64,000 nt of DNA. Source: Malacoraja senta (Eukaryota). The position numbers were made by a program, and so were the translations under genes. Shown here piece by piece: positions 23,685 to 35,015 of this stretch; position 1 is the first letter of the stretch, and each line of letters starts with the position of its first letter. The notes under the pieces are model-generated. The model did no database searches, was not told the origin of the DNA, and saw only the letters and a program-made list of their open reading frames with translations. The stretch is from the NCBI GenBank assembly GCA_038087875.1, contig CM075977.1:111476001-111540000 (forward strand), read 5' to 3'.

Positions 23685-25088
23685 CATCAGATAACAAGTC
23701 TTCCCTAGTGTGACTTTTTGGATCTCTGGTGAAGAGGGAGCATTGAACGAAAATCCCACCTATCTTTCCAAAACATTTCAAAAAATGTCACTCCTATTCG
23801 GCTAAAACACTAATATCCCCGTACATGACGGCGTAAGGGCGTTTAGGCAGCGCCACCGCTCCCCAGACCCGTCCCCTGCCCTTTAAAATGAACTCCGCCC
23901 GTTTCCCTATTACTCTGCTGGTAGGGCGGTCGTCGAGAAGCCGATGTTAACTTGTACCGCAGCGGACGTCCAGTATCTCCAGTTGAAAAATTCCGCGATA
24001 TCTCTGATTTCCTTTCAACCCAACGGCCACCCCATTAGTCTCTAAATGCCCAAACCTCTAAGTTCAAGAGTCAAGAGAATTTTATTGTCCTATGTCCCAG
24101 ATCGGACAATGAAATTCTTGCTTGCTGCAGCACGACAGAGTATGTAAATATAATACGGAACAGGAGATAAAGGTTCAGTGTGTCAATATACCATAGACCA
24201 TTTCTATAATTCCCGATGCGTTCCACGTCCTTAGCACGCGAATTCTTCGAAGCACTCCGTGATTACTCATGTGGGTGCCCAAGTCACAAATTTACTTGAT
24301 GACATTAAAGTAGAGTGCGTCTCCCACATTCCAGCTGCAACATTTAGCAAAACGGGAGTTTCATTATATTACTGGTGCTCCCTTTCAACAGAACATGTTA
24401 TTCCCATTTAGAGGCGCTTTCGGATTACATTACACTAATTAACTAAGCAGCAGATTGAAATAACGAGAATTGCTGATGTTTATACAAGCCAGCCAACCTA
24501 CATAATCTATATTTTTAGAGGAAGGAGATATTTACAGTCTACGGATTCGACCGCGGTAATGTGCATGGATACAATTGATGTGCAGAACATCTGACAGTTT
24601 GTATACCTAAATCACCCATCTCCCATGTAGAGATTGGCTCTATCGCTGTATCTTTTCTGCTGAATGGACACTGTCTGGTTATATAACCCATTCTTCAAAT
24701 ACTTTACAATATCACACGTTAAATCTGAGCATTCAAATTCAGGAGCCAAATGTGGACCAGATTGACGAATCCTGGCAGAGCGTGGTTCTGTGAGGTATTG
24801 TCAGCATTTTGCCAGTGACACAGGGTTAGTTATCTTCCTAGAGTCAAGATTGTTTGATTATCCTCTGCTCTAAAGCGGAACAATGAAAAGCGTACTCGCA
24901 GCACCACAACAGACAAGTAAACCGTGCAAAACAAAAATAATATAAAACAAAGCCGGCCCTCCACACGCCAACCACCACCCCCAAACCAAACTGTTCTACC
25001 GAGTCCACATCTCTCCAGTAGATTTCTCAAGTGCATATTTATCTGCAGTTGACTCAATTGACTTACGTAAAATCTAATGAGACTTCGA

Positions 25089-25635
25089 CCAGTAATAGAC
25101 AATAGACAACAGACAATAGGTACAGGAGTAGGCCATTCGACCGGTCGAGCCAGCACCGCCATTCAATGTGATCATGGCTGATCATCCCCAATCATTACCC
25201 CGTTCCTGCCTTCTCCCCATAACCTCTAACTCCGCTTTCTTTAATAGCCCGATCTCGCTTTCGCTTGAAAGTATCCAGAGAACCGGCCCCACAGCGCTCT
25301 GAGGCAGAGAATTCCACAGACTCACTGTTCTCTGCGTGAAGAAGTTTCCTCATCTCCGTTCTAAATGGCCTACCCCTTATTCTTAAAACGTGGTCCCCTG
25401 ATTCTGAACTCCCCCAACATCGGGAACATGTTCCCTGCCTCTAGCGTTTCCAAAGCCTTACTAATCGTATGTTTCAATAACATCCCCTCTTATCTTTCTA
25501 AATTCCAGAGTATACAAGCCCAGCTGCTCCATTCTCCTAGCATATGACAGCCCCGCAATCCCGGGAATTAACCTTGTAAACTTACGCTGCACTCCCCCAA
25601 TAGCAAGAATGGCCTTCCTCAAATTAGGGGACCTG
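25089..25635 (-). mobile_element. CR1 LINE 3' fragment
   Basis: (CAATAGA)n tail and 3'UTR matching 12384-12900. Confidence 0.85.
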
Positions 25636-26334
25636 TAATGTTAGGACTCCTGTCATGGAGTTATATTGTAATGTTATTTCCTGCTTCATTATCAATAATT
25701 TTTGAAATGTGCTCCACGAGATGCCGATTTATATTAAAGCGTGACTTCGGGAAGGAAGCGGTCGCTCTCGCAGAATATGTTCCAGATTAGTTGTTCGTTC
25801 GTTTTGACATGCTCTGCAAGGTCCCGTTGAACAGCTCGCAGAACTTATATTACATAAGAATTAAAAGTCCATGACAGACATATGGCTTTTTCTCTTGTTA
25901 TTAATTAAACAAATATGTAATATTTAAGGTAATGTTTATATTGTGATCAATCTCTTTCTCAGGAGGTTGCAGGCAGTTCCTTGAGACATAACACGAAATT
26001 ACAGCTCTTCATGGAAATTATGAAATTTTCCCTGGACCGTTGACAACGGTTCTTTTCAATATCGATTCAAATTGACTTGTTCGATGTTCCCTTTGACATT
26101 AAATACTGAAGTCTGCTCAAAACCAAATATCTAATATTGTTCTCCGAGTGTTCTTCTCACTATTGTCTTACAATGGATGGGCGTTTATCAGTGTTCATGA
26201 TTGTATTGGTTGAATACATTTTAAGCGCTGATTGACGAATAACTATTAGTGTAAATCAGAAGGGAACCCGTCACGTTCATTTGCTGCTTTGACTCCATAA
26301 TAACAGCTGAGAGGGCAGAAGAGCTACCACCAGA

Positions 26335-27165
26335 AACATTGAGGACTGCTTCGGGGCTACCTCCTTCATTGACGACTGCTTCGGGGCTACCTCCTTCACC
26401 CACGTAGAACTGCCGGACTTCTATTACTTCACCAGGGTTCACCTCTTACATTATAGAATAGTCCCTCACTGGGGTCTTCACGATATCCCGCAGCTCTGCT
26501 CTTGCTCCCCTCCCCCAGTCGCAACAGGAAAAGTGTCGCCCAGTCCGCACATTTCACCCCATAAGCCACGTATAAGCATATAATCCTCCGCTATTTCCGC
26601 CACTTCCAACGGGATCCTACCACGAGCCATATCTTCCCATCTTCTACCCAATCCGTTTTCCGCAGAGACCGGTTCCTCCGAAACTCACTGGTTAACATGT
26701 CCTTCACGTTAATAACCCCCCCCCCCCATCCCCCACCCCCTCTTCCGAGGTACGTTCCCCTGCAACCGCGGGAGCTACAACGCCTGTCCCTATACCTCCA
26801 CCCTCGACACCGTCCAAGGACCCGGGCAGTCTTTTCGGGTGAGGCAGAGATTCCCATGCATCTCCTCCAACCTCATCAACTGTGTCCGCGGTTCCAGGTG
26901 TTGGCTCCTATATATCGGCGACACCAAGCGCAGGCTATGCGATCGTTTCGCTGAACACCTTATCTCAGTCCGCCTGGAACTGCCTGATCTCCCTCTTGCC
27001 AAAGACTTTAATTCCCCTTCCCATTCCCACACTAACGTTTGGCTCCTAGGCCTCCTCCATTGTCAGAGCGAGGCCAAACACAAATTGGAGGAACAGCATC
27101 TCATATTTCGCTTAGACAGCTTACAACCCAGTAGTATGAATATTGATTTCTCTCACTTCAAGGAA
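26335..27165 (+). mobile_element. Penelope-like fragment (duplicate of 6560-7520)
   Basis: ISSNLINCVRGSRCWLLYIGDTKRRLCDRFAEH GIY-YIG-type motif; 30-nt tandem duplication at ~26337-26397. Confidence 0.8.
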
Positions 27166-27296
27166 CCTCTGCATTCTCTCTCTCACTCCATCCGTCCCTC
27201 AACTATGTCGCAGTTGATTCCAAGTCATCTTCTTCAGTCTCATATTCTACAATTCGTTCAAACCTAAGAAACTTTTTGCATAACTTAGAAACACAA

Positions 27297-28310
27297 AAAC
27301 ATAGAAAAATATGTGCAAGAGTAGGCGATTCGGCCCTTCGAGCCAGCACCGCCAGCCAATATGATGACTGCTGATCATCTAAAATCAGTACCCCGTTCCT
27401 GATTTTTACCCATATCCCTAGATTCCTATTGCTCGAAGAGCAAAATCTAACTCTCTCTTGAAAACACCGAGTGAATTGGCCTCCACGCCCTTCTGTGGCA
27501 GATAATTCCACAGGTTCACTGGGTGAGAACATATTTCCTCATTTCGGTCATAAATGGGCTCCCCTTATTCTTAAACTGTGAGCCCTGGTTTTGGACTTCA
27601 TCAAAGTCTGGAACATTTTTCCTGCATCTAGCCTGTCCAATCCTTTAAGAATGTTATATGTTTCTATAAAACCTCTTCACATCCTTCTAAATTCCTGTGA
27701 ATACAAGCTCAATCGACGATTATTTCAATATATGTCAGTCCCGCCATCCCGGGAATTAACCTACGCTGCCCTCACCCAATAGCAATAATGTTATTCCTCA
27801 AATTAGGAGACCAGAATTGCACACTATAGTCTAGTTGCGGTCACACCAGGGCCCCGTACAACCGCAGTAGGACCTCCTTGTGCATATACACAAATCCTCT
27901 CGCAATGAAGGCCAACATGCCATTAGCTTTCTTCACTGCCTGCTGTACCTGCACGCCCACTTTCAGTGACTGATGGACAAGCACACTCGGGTCTCGTTGC
28001 ACCTCCCCTTTTCTAAATCTGATACCATTAGGATATTAATATGCCTTCTGTTCTTGCCACTAAAGTGGATAACCTCACATATATCCACATTATGCTGCAT
28101 CTGCCGTGAATCTGCCCACTCACACAACCTATCCAAGTCACTCTGCAGCCTCATAGCATCCTCATCGCATCTCACACCACCATACAGCTGAGTGTCATCC
28201 GCAAAGTTGGAGCTGTGACATTTAATTCCCTCTCCAAATCGTTAATATTTATTGCAAATAATTGCGGTCCCAGCACAGAACCTTGCGGCACCCCACTAGT
28301 CACTGCATTC
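27297..28310 (-). mobile_element. CR1 LINE fragments
   Basis: Tail at ~27297 and RT C-terminal remnant RCDEDAMRLQSDLDRLCEWAD. Confidence 0.8.
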
Positions 28311-30298
28311 TTTCATTCATCTATTCTATTTCTCCCTACATCACCGTCTGTATATCTCGTTTCCATGTCCCCTGACTCTCCTGTCTGAAAAAGGGACTCG
28401 ACCCGAAACGTCACCTATTCCTTTTCTCCAGAGATGCTGTCTCACCCGTTGAGTTACTGGAAGCTTTTGTTGTGTCTATATTTGATCCTCAGTATGGCAT
28501 TAGCTTAAAAATAAAACGCATGGCGACCAGCACAATGCACACCACTCATCGAGACTTCTCATCAGACCCATTACCAAAGGCAGTAAAACATCTTTACCCT
28601 GGCGTCAAGGTCTCACGTTCGAAAGGCCAATGCAACATGCGGCTTACCACGGTTGCGAGCTATTTTCAATGACACGAACATCAATTCCCCTTTGAACTCT
28701 AACACTACCAAATTTATCTTGCATCGCCTATAACCATCCACATCCATTCAGCTTATCTGCGCCGTTGAAGCATCTCTACATCCTTCTCCCCACCAACATA
28801 CCAACACCTCCGTTGTTTGTGCACATGGACGCTAGATATCGGCCGGGTGGTTGAAATAGCTGACCTCAAACTCTGATCCCTGTGACGTGTCATCAATCTT
28901 ACCATGCCAACCTGATCAAGTTCAGTCAGTGCCATTATTTCCTCTCTGTCCTTCTGCGCATGGACGTTAGAGAAAGAGTGTAGGAACAGGCCCTTCGGCC
29001 CATCGAGATCGTACCCAGCGATCAGCACGTATACTTACACTATCCTACACACTAGGGAAATGTCAAATATACATAAATCAATTAATCTACGAACCTGTAC
29101 GTCTTTGGAAATAATTTGAATGGAATGGGATGGAAAGGAATGCGTTATTGTCACATGTGACAAGGCCGAAAGAGAACGCACAAACTCCGTACAGAACGCA
29201 CCGTAGTTGGGATCGAACCCGGGTCTCTGGCGCCACAAGGGGGGCAGCTTTACAGCTGCGCCATTGTATTTCCCTGGCAAAACGACTTGTGGTTGATGAT
29301 CGTATTGCGATTAATTTCCTGACACGCAGGTTGAGACTTACGAAAACACCATTCGAATGCCAGTCTGCGAGGGCGGACGAGAACAAACTAATTAGGTTTC
29401 TTTAATGCAGAGCAGACCACATTGTTTAAACCGAACACGGTAAATTAGACTGGAAGAAATACAGCTGCGACGCCATTTTACTTTGAAAGTATTTTTATCA
29501 TGGGTTGTCGAAATTGAGGGCGGACGAGAACAGAGGATGTCCCGTGAAACTGGAATAAGGGCAGAGTGATTCTCTCAAGGCCCTCGGGGAAATATCGACT
29601 ATCAACATGCCATTGAATCCACATTAGCAAAAATGTTTTCTGGGCCATTGCTGACAATCAAACAACAGTGGCAGCGTCAGTTAACGGGACAATTCATCCC
29701 AACTACTGAACATCAGAGGAAAGTGGGAGGGGCTTTCACATCAGGCTCAGAAATCAGAAATATTTTCGCACTGGAGATTCGTGCTCTGAGAATATATGCT
29801 CCCATATATTCCTATCAATGGGCGAAAATCGTTGGCGTGCTAATTCAACATGGAGGTGCTCAGCAGAATTACACCTGGGTTGGATTTTGTTTGGACTGTG
29901 ATGGAATATACAAGCAATGGAAATTAAAAATATAAGGGTCGCGGACGTAAGGGGAAAGCGTTAATCCAACTTTAGGCGCTTTCTGAAAGTTTCATTGCAC
30001 AGGAACTTGGGATTTGATGTAATACTCAGTTCGGCCGTAATCGGACTGACGAAAGGTACGGGTTTATGAAATTACACTAATAGTATGGTGTCACTAATTC
30101 TCCTGGATGCGATCTTGCGCGTTATAAATTAACGTTGAAATGATGCTCGGTTTAGAGTGCATTATGCATTACGTTGTCGGCCAGCGTAATTGACCACCAA
30201 TCGTACCATCCACTCTGACAATGACAACCGAGGCGCACCAGTAGTGGAGGCTTGTCACTTCTAGATGCCTGAAACTTGAGGTCGAAAGTTAGATCAAT
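27570..30298. repeat. Inverted segmental duplication, partner of 60387-63340
   Basis: Colinear reverse-complement similarity across CR1, SINE and unique sequence. ORFs 29633-29935(+) and 60766-61080(-) are paralogous, as are 28753-29028(-) and 61926-62207(+). Confidence 0.9.
28960..29270 (-). mobile_element. tRNA-derived SINE (HE1/V-SINE-like) with CR1-type tail
   Basis: Minus strand reads GGCGCAGCTGTAAAGCTG...GCGCCAGAGACCCGGGTTCGATCCC (A/B boxes), with a 3' GGGCCGAAGGGCCTGTT tail. Confidence 0.8.
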
Positions 30299-30613
30299 CA
30301 CAGCGGAAGCTCGTCACAGACTTTTTCCTTTTCACTTAGTATGGCTGTATGGTAACTCACATTTCACTGTACCTTAAAAGGGACATGTGACTGTAAATTC
30401 ACATTGAAACCTTGAATATTAGGGCATGCTTTCAGGAAAGAAAGGAAAGCTGTACGTTATTTTATCATGTTGCCTTTTCTCCCAGTGCTCACCACTGCCG
30501 TTGTTTTTCAGAAGTCACGGGCGTTGAGGCGATCAACTCAGCTAATAGAACGGGCCCTGAACCTGAAGCGTTTGAGAGACAATATCGTGTGTGTAGGGGC
30601 AGCTTCGACATAT

Positions 30614-30685
30614 TCCCCGGAGGTCTCGTGGTTAGGATTCGGCGCTTTCACCGCCGCGGCCCGGGTTCGATCCCCGGTCAGGGAA
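30614..30685 (+). tRNA. tRNA-Glu-TTC: tRNA-Glu (anticodon TTC), variant or possible pseudogene
   Basis: TCCCCGGAGGTCTCGTGGTTAGGATTCGGCGCTTTCACCGCCGCGGCCCGGGTTCGATCCCCGGTCAGGGAA folds as a cloverleaf with intact anticodon and T arms. TTTT terminator 6 nt downstream. C5.A68 mismatch, U8>A and A14>C relative to the canonical vertebrate tRNA-Glu. Confidence 0.9.
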
Positions 30686-31679
30686 ACGCTCTTTTGCCAT
30701 TCATATAACTGGAAGGATCCCACGTTGAGCAACGCCTGAGACGGTCTCTCCAACAATATATGGAGAAGGTATGCAACGATATATTCCCATGCAGGAGGTG
30801 CCATTGTAAACACAGGAGGTGCAATCTATGATATTTCACCTTCTCCGTTTCGACAATCCATAATAAAAACACGTTCAAAATAAAATGGCGGCACAACTAT
30901 ATTTCTTACAGTCTAATTTAATGTGTTCTGTGCAAACAATGTTGTCTGCTCTACATTAAATAAACCGAATTATTTTGTTTGCAGAACACATCCTTTTAGA
31001 GGGTAGGAGCAATCCTCAGCTTCCTGTTACGTGCCACTTTTATTATCTTCTCGTTCCACTTTTGCCCTCTACCCCATATCTTTTAGAAGCAACGTGCAAG
31101 AGAAGATCGAAGATCGATAGGTCACCTTCCGGTGGGCACATGTCAGTCTTCCACACGCAATATCCAAGTCTCAAATTTTGCTAACTCACGCCTCCTTTCC
31201 GTTTGGATAATAACTCGGCAGTTCCACCTGCCATGATCACGCTAATGTCTCGTAATGATATTATTCATTTCTAAAGGTGAGCTGTGAGTCTTGTTCGCTC
31301 CAGAGATAAAGAAATCACAACCTATCCAGTCTGTCACGATTGAAATTCTCCAGTCTTGGCAAAATCATTGATGATCATATTCTGCCGCTCTCCACATAAT
31401 TATATCCTTCCTAAGATATTCTGACCTAGACAATATTCCACACACCGTTTCACCAACGTCCTGTATCGAATATTAAGCACTCAATTTTACTTAATGTCAA
31501 GCAGTTCCGTCAGTCCTCCGTGATGAATGTTTGGCGTGTTTTAATTAAACTCCACTTGAAATCGATTGGGTGCGACCACTGTTGTAAAAGAAACACAACA
31601 GGGTGGGTTATCATCCCCACTCAGATAGACTCGCATTGCTTGCAATCATATTCGGCATCAACGAGAAGGAGTACACTGT

Positions 31680-32280
31680 ATAGTGAAAGGCTTGGATGCA
31701 GTGGATGTGGAGAGGATGTGTAGAGGATGTTTCCACCAGTAGGAGAGTCTTGGTTAGAGGCCAAAGCATCAGAATTGAAGGAAGTACTTTTAGAAAGTCG
31801 AAGAGGAGGAGATTTATTTGTGAGGGGTTGGTGAATCTGTGGAATTCTTTGCCATAGAAAGCTGCGGAGGCCAAGTCAGTGGATATTTTAAAGGCATAGA
31901 TAGATAGATAGATTCTTCGTTAACATAGAAAACGTAGAAAATTGGTGCAGGAGGAGGCCATTTTACCCTTCGAGACTGCACGGCAGATGAGTTTATGGGT
32001 AGAATGTTACAGTTGTATAAGACGTTGGTGAGTCTGCATTTAGAATATTTTGTTAAGTTTGGGCATCATATATTGTCAAAGATATTGTCAAGGTTGAAAG
32101 GGTTCAGAAAAGATTTACTAGGATTTTGCCAGCACTAGGGGGTGTCAGCTGTAGGGAGAGGTTAAGTCGGCTGGGTCTCTATTCCATGGAAAGAAAGTGG
32201 ATCAGCCGTGATCTTATCGAGATATACAAAATCATGAGAAGGAAAGATCGGGTAGATAAGCAAAGTCTCATTCAAGAGTA
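31680..32280. mobile_element. Mosaic of CR1-like LINE fragments
   Basis: GTGAATCTGTGGAATTC 3' region, CATAGAAAA tail remnant, and GTTGTATAAGACGTTGGTGAG block matching 19450. Confidence 0.7.
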
Positions 32281-33066
32281 AGTGCATCGAGCACCAGGGG
32301 ACATACGTTTGCCCCTGATCTTCCCCCCCGAAGAATGTAAATAACAACACTCACAAGAACCTTTCCACTTTATTTTTCAACAGTGCCACGTGGAAACACC
32401 TGGGATGAAATTGATAATTGGTAGATGTCAATGGATTGGGTTAGTGTCTGGGAACAGTAGTTCAAGGTCTCAAAATAAACTAAATATAGATACAAAAAGC
32501 TGGAGTAACTAAGCTGGACCCGCAGCATCTCTGGAGAGAAGGAATGGGTGGCATTTCTAGTCGAGTCCTTCTTCAGTCTTAAGAAGGGGGTCTCGATCCG
32601 AAAACTCACCCATTGCTTCTCTCCAGAGATGCTGCCTGTCCCGCAGTGTTACTCCAGCATTTTGTGTCAACCTACGGTTGAAACCAGCATCTGCGGTTCC
32701 TTCTTACACCCTCCACATAAACTATTTCATCGTATCGTGTGTTGTTGACTGATATTTTTGTGCGACCTTTCTGCAGCTGCAACCTCGTGGAACATATTTA
32801 AATTTAGATATTTTATTCGCAAACCTACTTTGCAGTTTCTTTATTCTGTACGTGCTCAATTGGTGCATGTGCAATGAACGACCGCCCTCGTGATTGTTGT
32901 CGTATTAAATGCACACGGGAGCAAAATCCGTAATGAATGTCCACAGGGAGGTAATCTCAATAACTCGTTAATCTTTTTCTTGGGTTATAAATATTCAGCG
33001 GTTTAACCTCCCACTATAACAGTTGTAAGCTTTGTACTGCATTTTCGAGGTCGTTTTTTAGGAGAA

Positions 33067-35015
33067 ATGGGTCGGATGCTGCACTTGTCGGTTGAATATT
33101 ATTATTACCCAATCCTGGCATCAATTGGAGTGCCCGGTATGTCACTTGACGGTTGAAGGTGGGATAACCGTGGGATGCGGTAATGTTGAAGATAAAGTGA
33201 AAATAGTGTGACAAAATGTGCTAAATACTAGGTTGCACCATGGAACGGGATTTTGGGTACAATCTGAAGTTAATGTAGTTATTGTATGCTTTTAATATAT
33301 TTCATCGTTTGCTCTTTAAAGGCCTGTCTCACGAGTCTGCGGTCTATGGCGGCGAAACGGGAGGAATCTGCCGCCATAGACCGCGCACTCGTGAGAAAGT
33401 ACAATTCCCGGGCCGTGCGGCGGTGTTCCCAACACCGCGCGGTGCTAAAATAAAATCGACAATGTCCAAAGCTAAATACTCACCGCACAACCTCCACCAG
33501 TGATGCACGAGTGCGGCACGGCCGCTCGCCTGAACCTGGATGTTACAGTCTTTAGGCTCCTGTACATTCTTCCTGGTGGCAGTGGTGAGATAAGTGTGTG
33601 GCCAGGATGGTGTGGGTCCTTGATGATTTTGGCTGCAGTGAAGTAACAGCCAAGTAAGCTGAGCGACAAAAGCTGCATCTGTTTATACCTCGGGCGATGG
33701 CATTTCTCGCATCTATTTTTGTCTCCGTCGGGTCTCCCATTTTATGACTTTAAAGATCTTTAATTTTAACTGTGACATTACCGCATCGCATGCAGGTAAT
33801 GTCTGTTGTACACCGCCCCTTCAAACGTTGCAAACCCGGTAAGCAAATGCCGATCCGAAAGGTGCGCCACATTAACACTGATTTTAGTCTTGTTGTTCAT
33901 ACTACACTTCCGTTCAAACCGTTTCTCAGTTGATAAATTCACAGTTACGTGGAATGTTTGTTCGTGAGCGCAGTATCAGGAATCGCATTCAAACCAAAGG
34001 AAATCTCCGTCCATGCCATCCTTTTCGCAATTTTAGGAAAGCAAGCAAAATAACAATGTATACCCACCCATTACTCAACTAGAAGTACTTCTGTCCACAT
34101 TATCACCATTGCTTCTTTCTTATTCCCCTAGTGAATCTACTGGCGATTGTGGTCCTGTCCCGAGGAAAGTGCGGTCTCTCCAAATGCATCACTCGTTATC
34201 TGGTGGCTATGGCGACGGCGGACCTCGCGGTGATTGTCTGCGAAGTGATTTTAAATCGGATTGCCGTTATTTATTGGCGGAACACAATCCTGTACTTCAC
34301 TCCTGTGTGCAGGTTTATTCTCTTCCTGTCCGCCACGGCCGTAGACTGTTCCGTTTGGCTCACGGTCGCTTTCACATTTGATAGGTTTGTGGCCATCTCC
34401 AAACAGAATCTAAGATCCAGATACTGTACCGACAGAACCGCGGCGGTGGTTATAGTGATCCTATGTACCTTCTGCTGTTTAGAGAACGCTCCCTGGCCTT
34501 TCGCTTATAATTCTTTGTTCAACAATAATGGTTTACTGTGGGGCTGCCGAATCCGATCGGACTTCTATTACCTGTCCGCATGGATTGCATTTTCTTGGTC
34601 TGAGCCGTTGGTGACCCCAGCGATTCCATTCTGTTTGATTTTGTTCTTTAATGCGCACACGGCGAGACGTATTTTAATGGCCAATCGGGTCCGCAGGAGG
34701 CTCCGCGATCTCAGTCGTGGAGACCCGGAGACGGAAAGCCGTAAACGGTCAATAATTTTACTCTTTGCAATCTCCAGCAGCTTTATCCTGCTCTGGGTCA
34801 CAACTGTATCTCATTTTGTTTACTATCGATGTGTCAACGGATTTTGGATGAGAGGGTTGACAAACCCATTTGCAACATTCGAAAAAACTGGAGTTCTGCT
34901 GCAGCTGCTGAACACCTGTACAAACACACTGATTTACACCGTCACCCAGGGGAAGTTCAGAGAGCAGCTCCTTCACGCACTTCAATGGCCATCGCGCTAC
35001 CTGGAAAGTTATTGA
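33067..35015 (+). CDS. GPR139-like GPCR, copy 3, apparently intact: join(33067..33136,34132..35015), 317 aa
   Basis: Exon 1 MGRMLHLSVEYYYYPILASIGVP with G|GTATGT donor and CCCCTAG acceptor. All TMs present. A 1-nt deletion after helix 8 (CAATGGCCA-TCG) alters only the last ~10 residues relative to copy 2. Confidence 0.85.
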
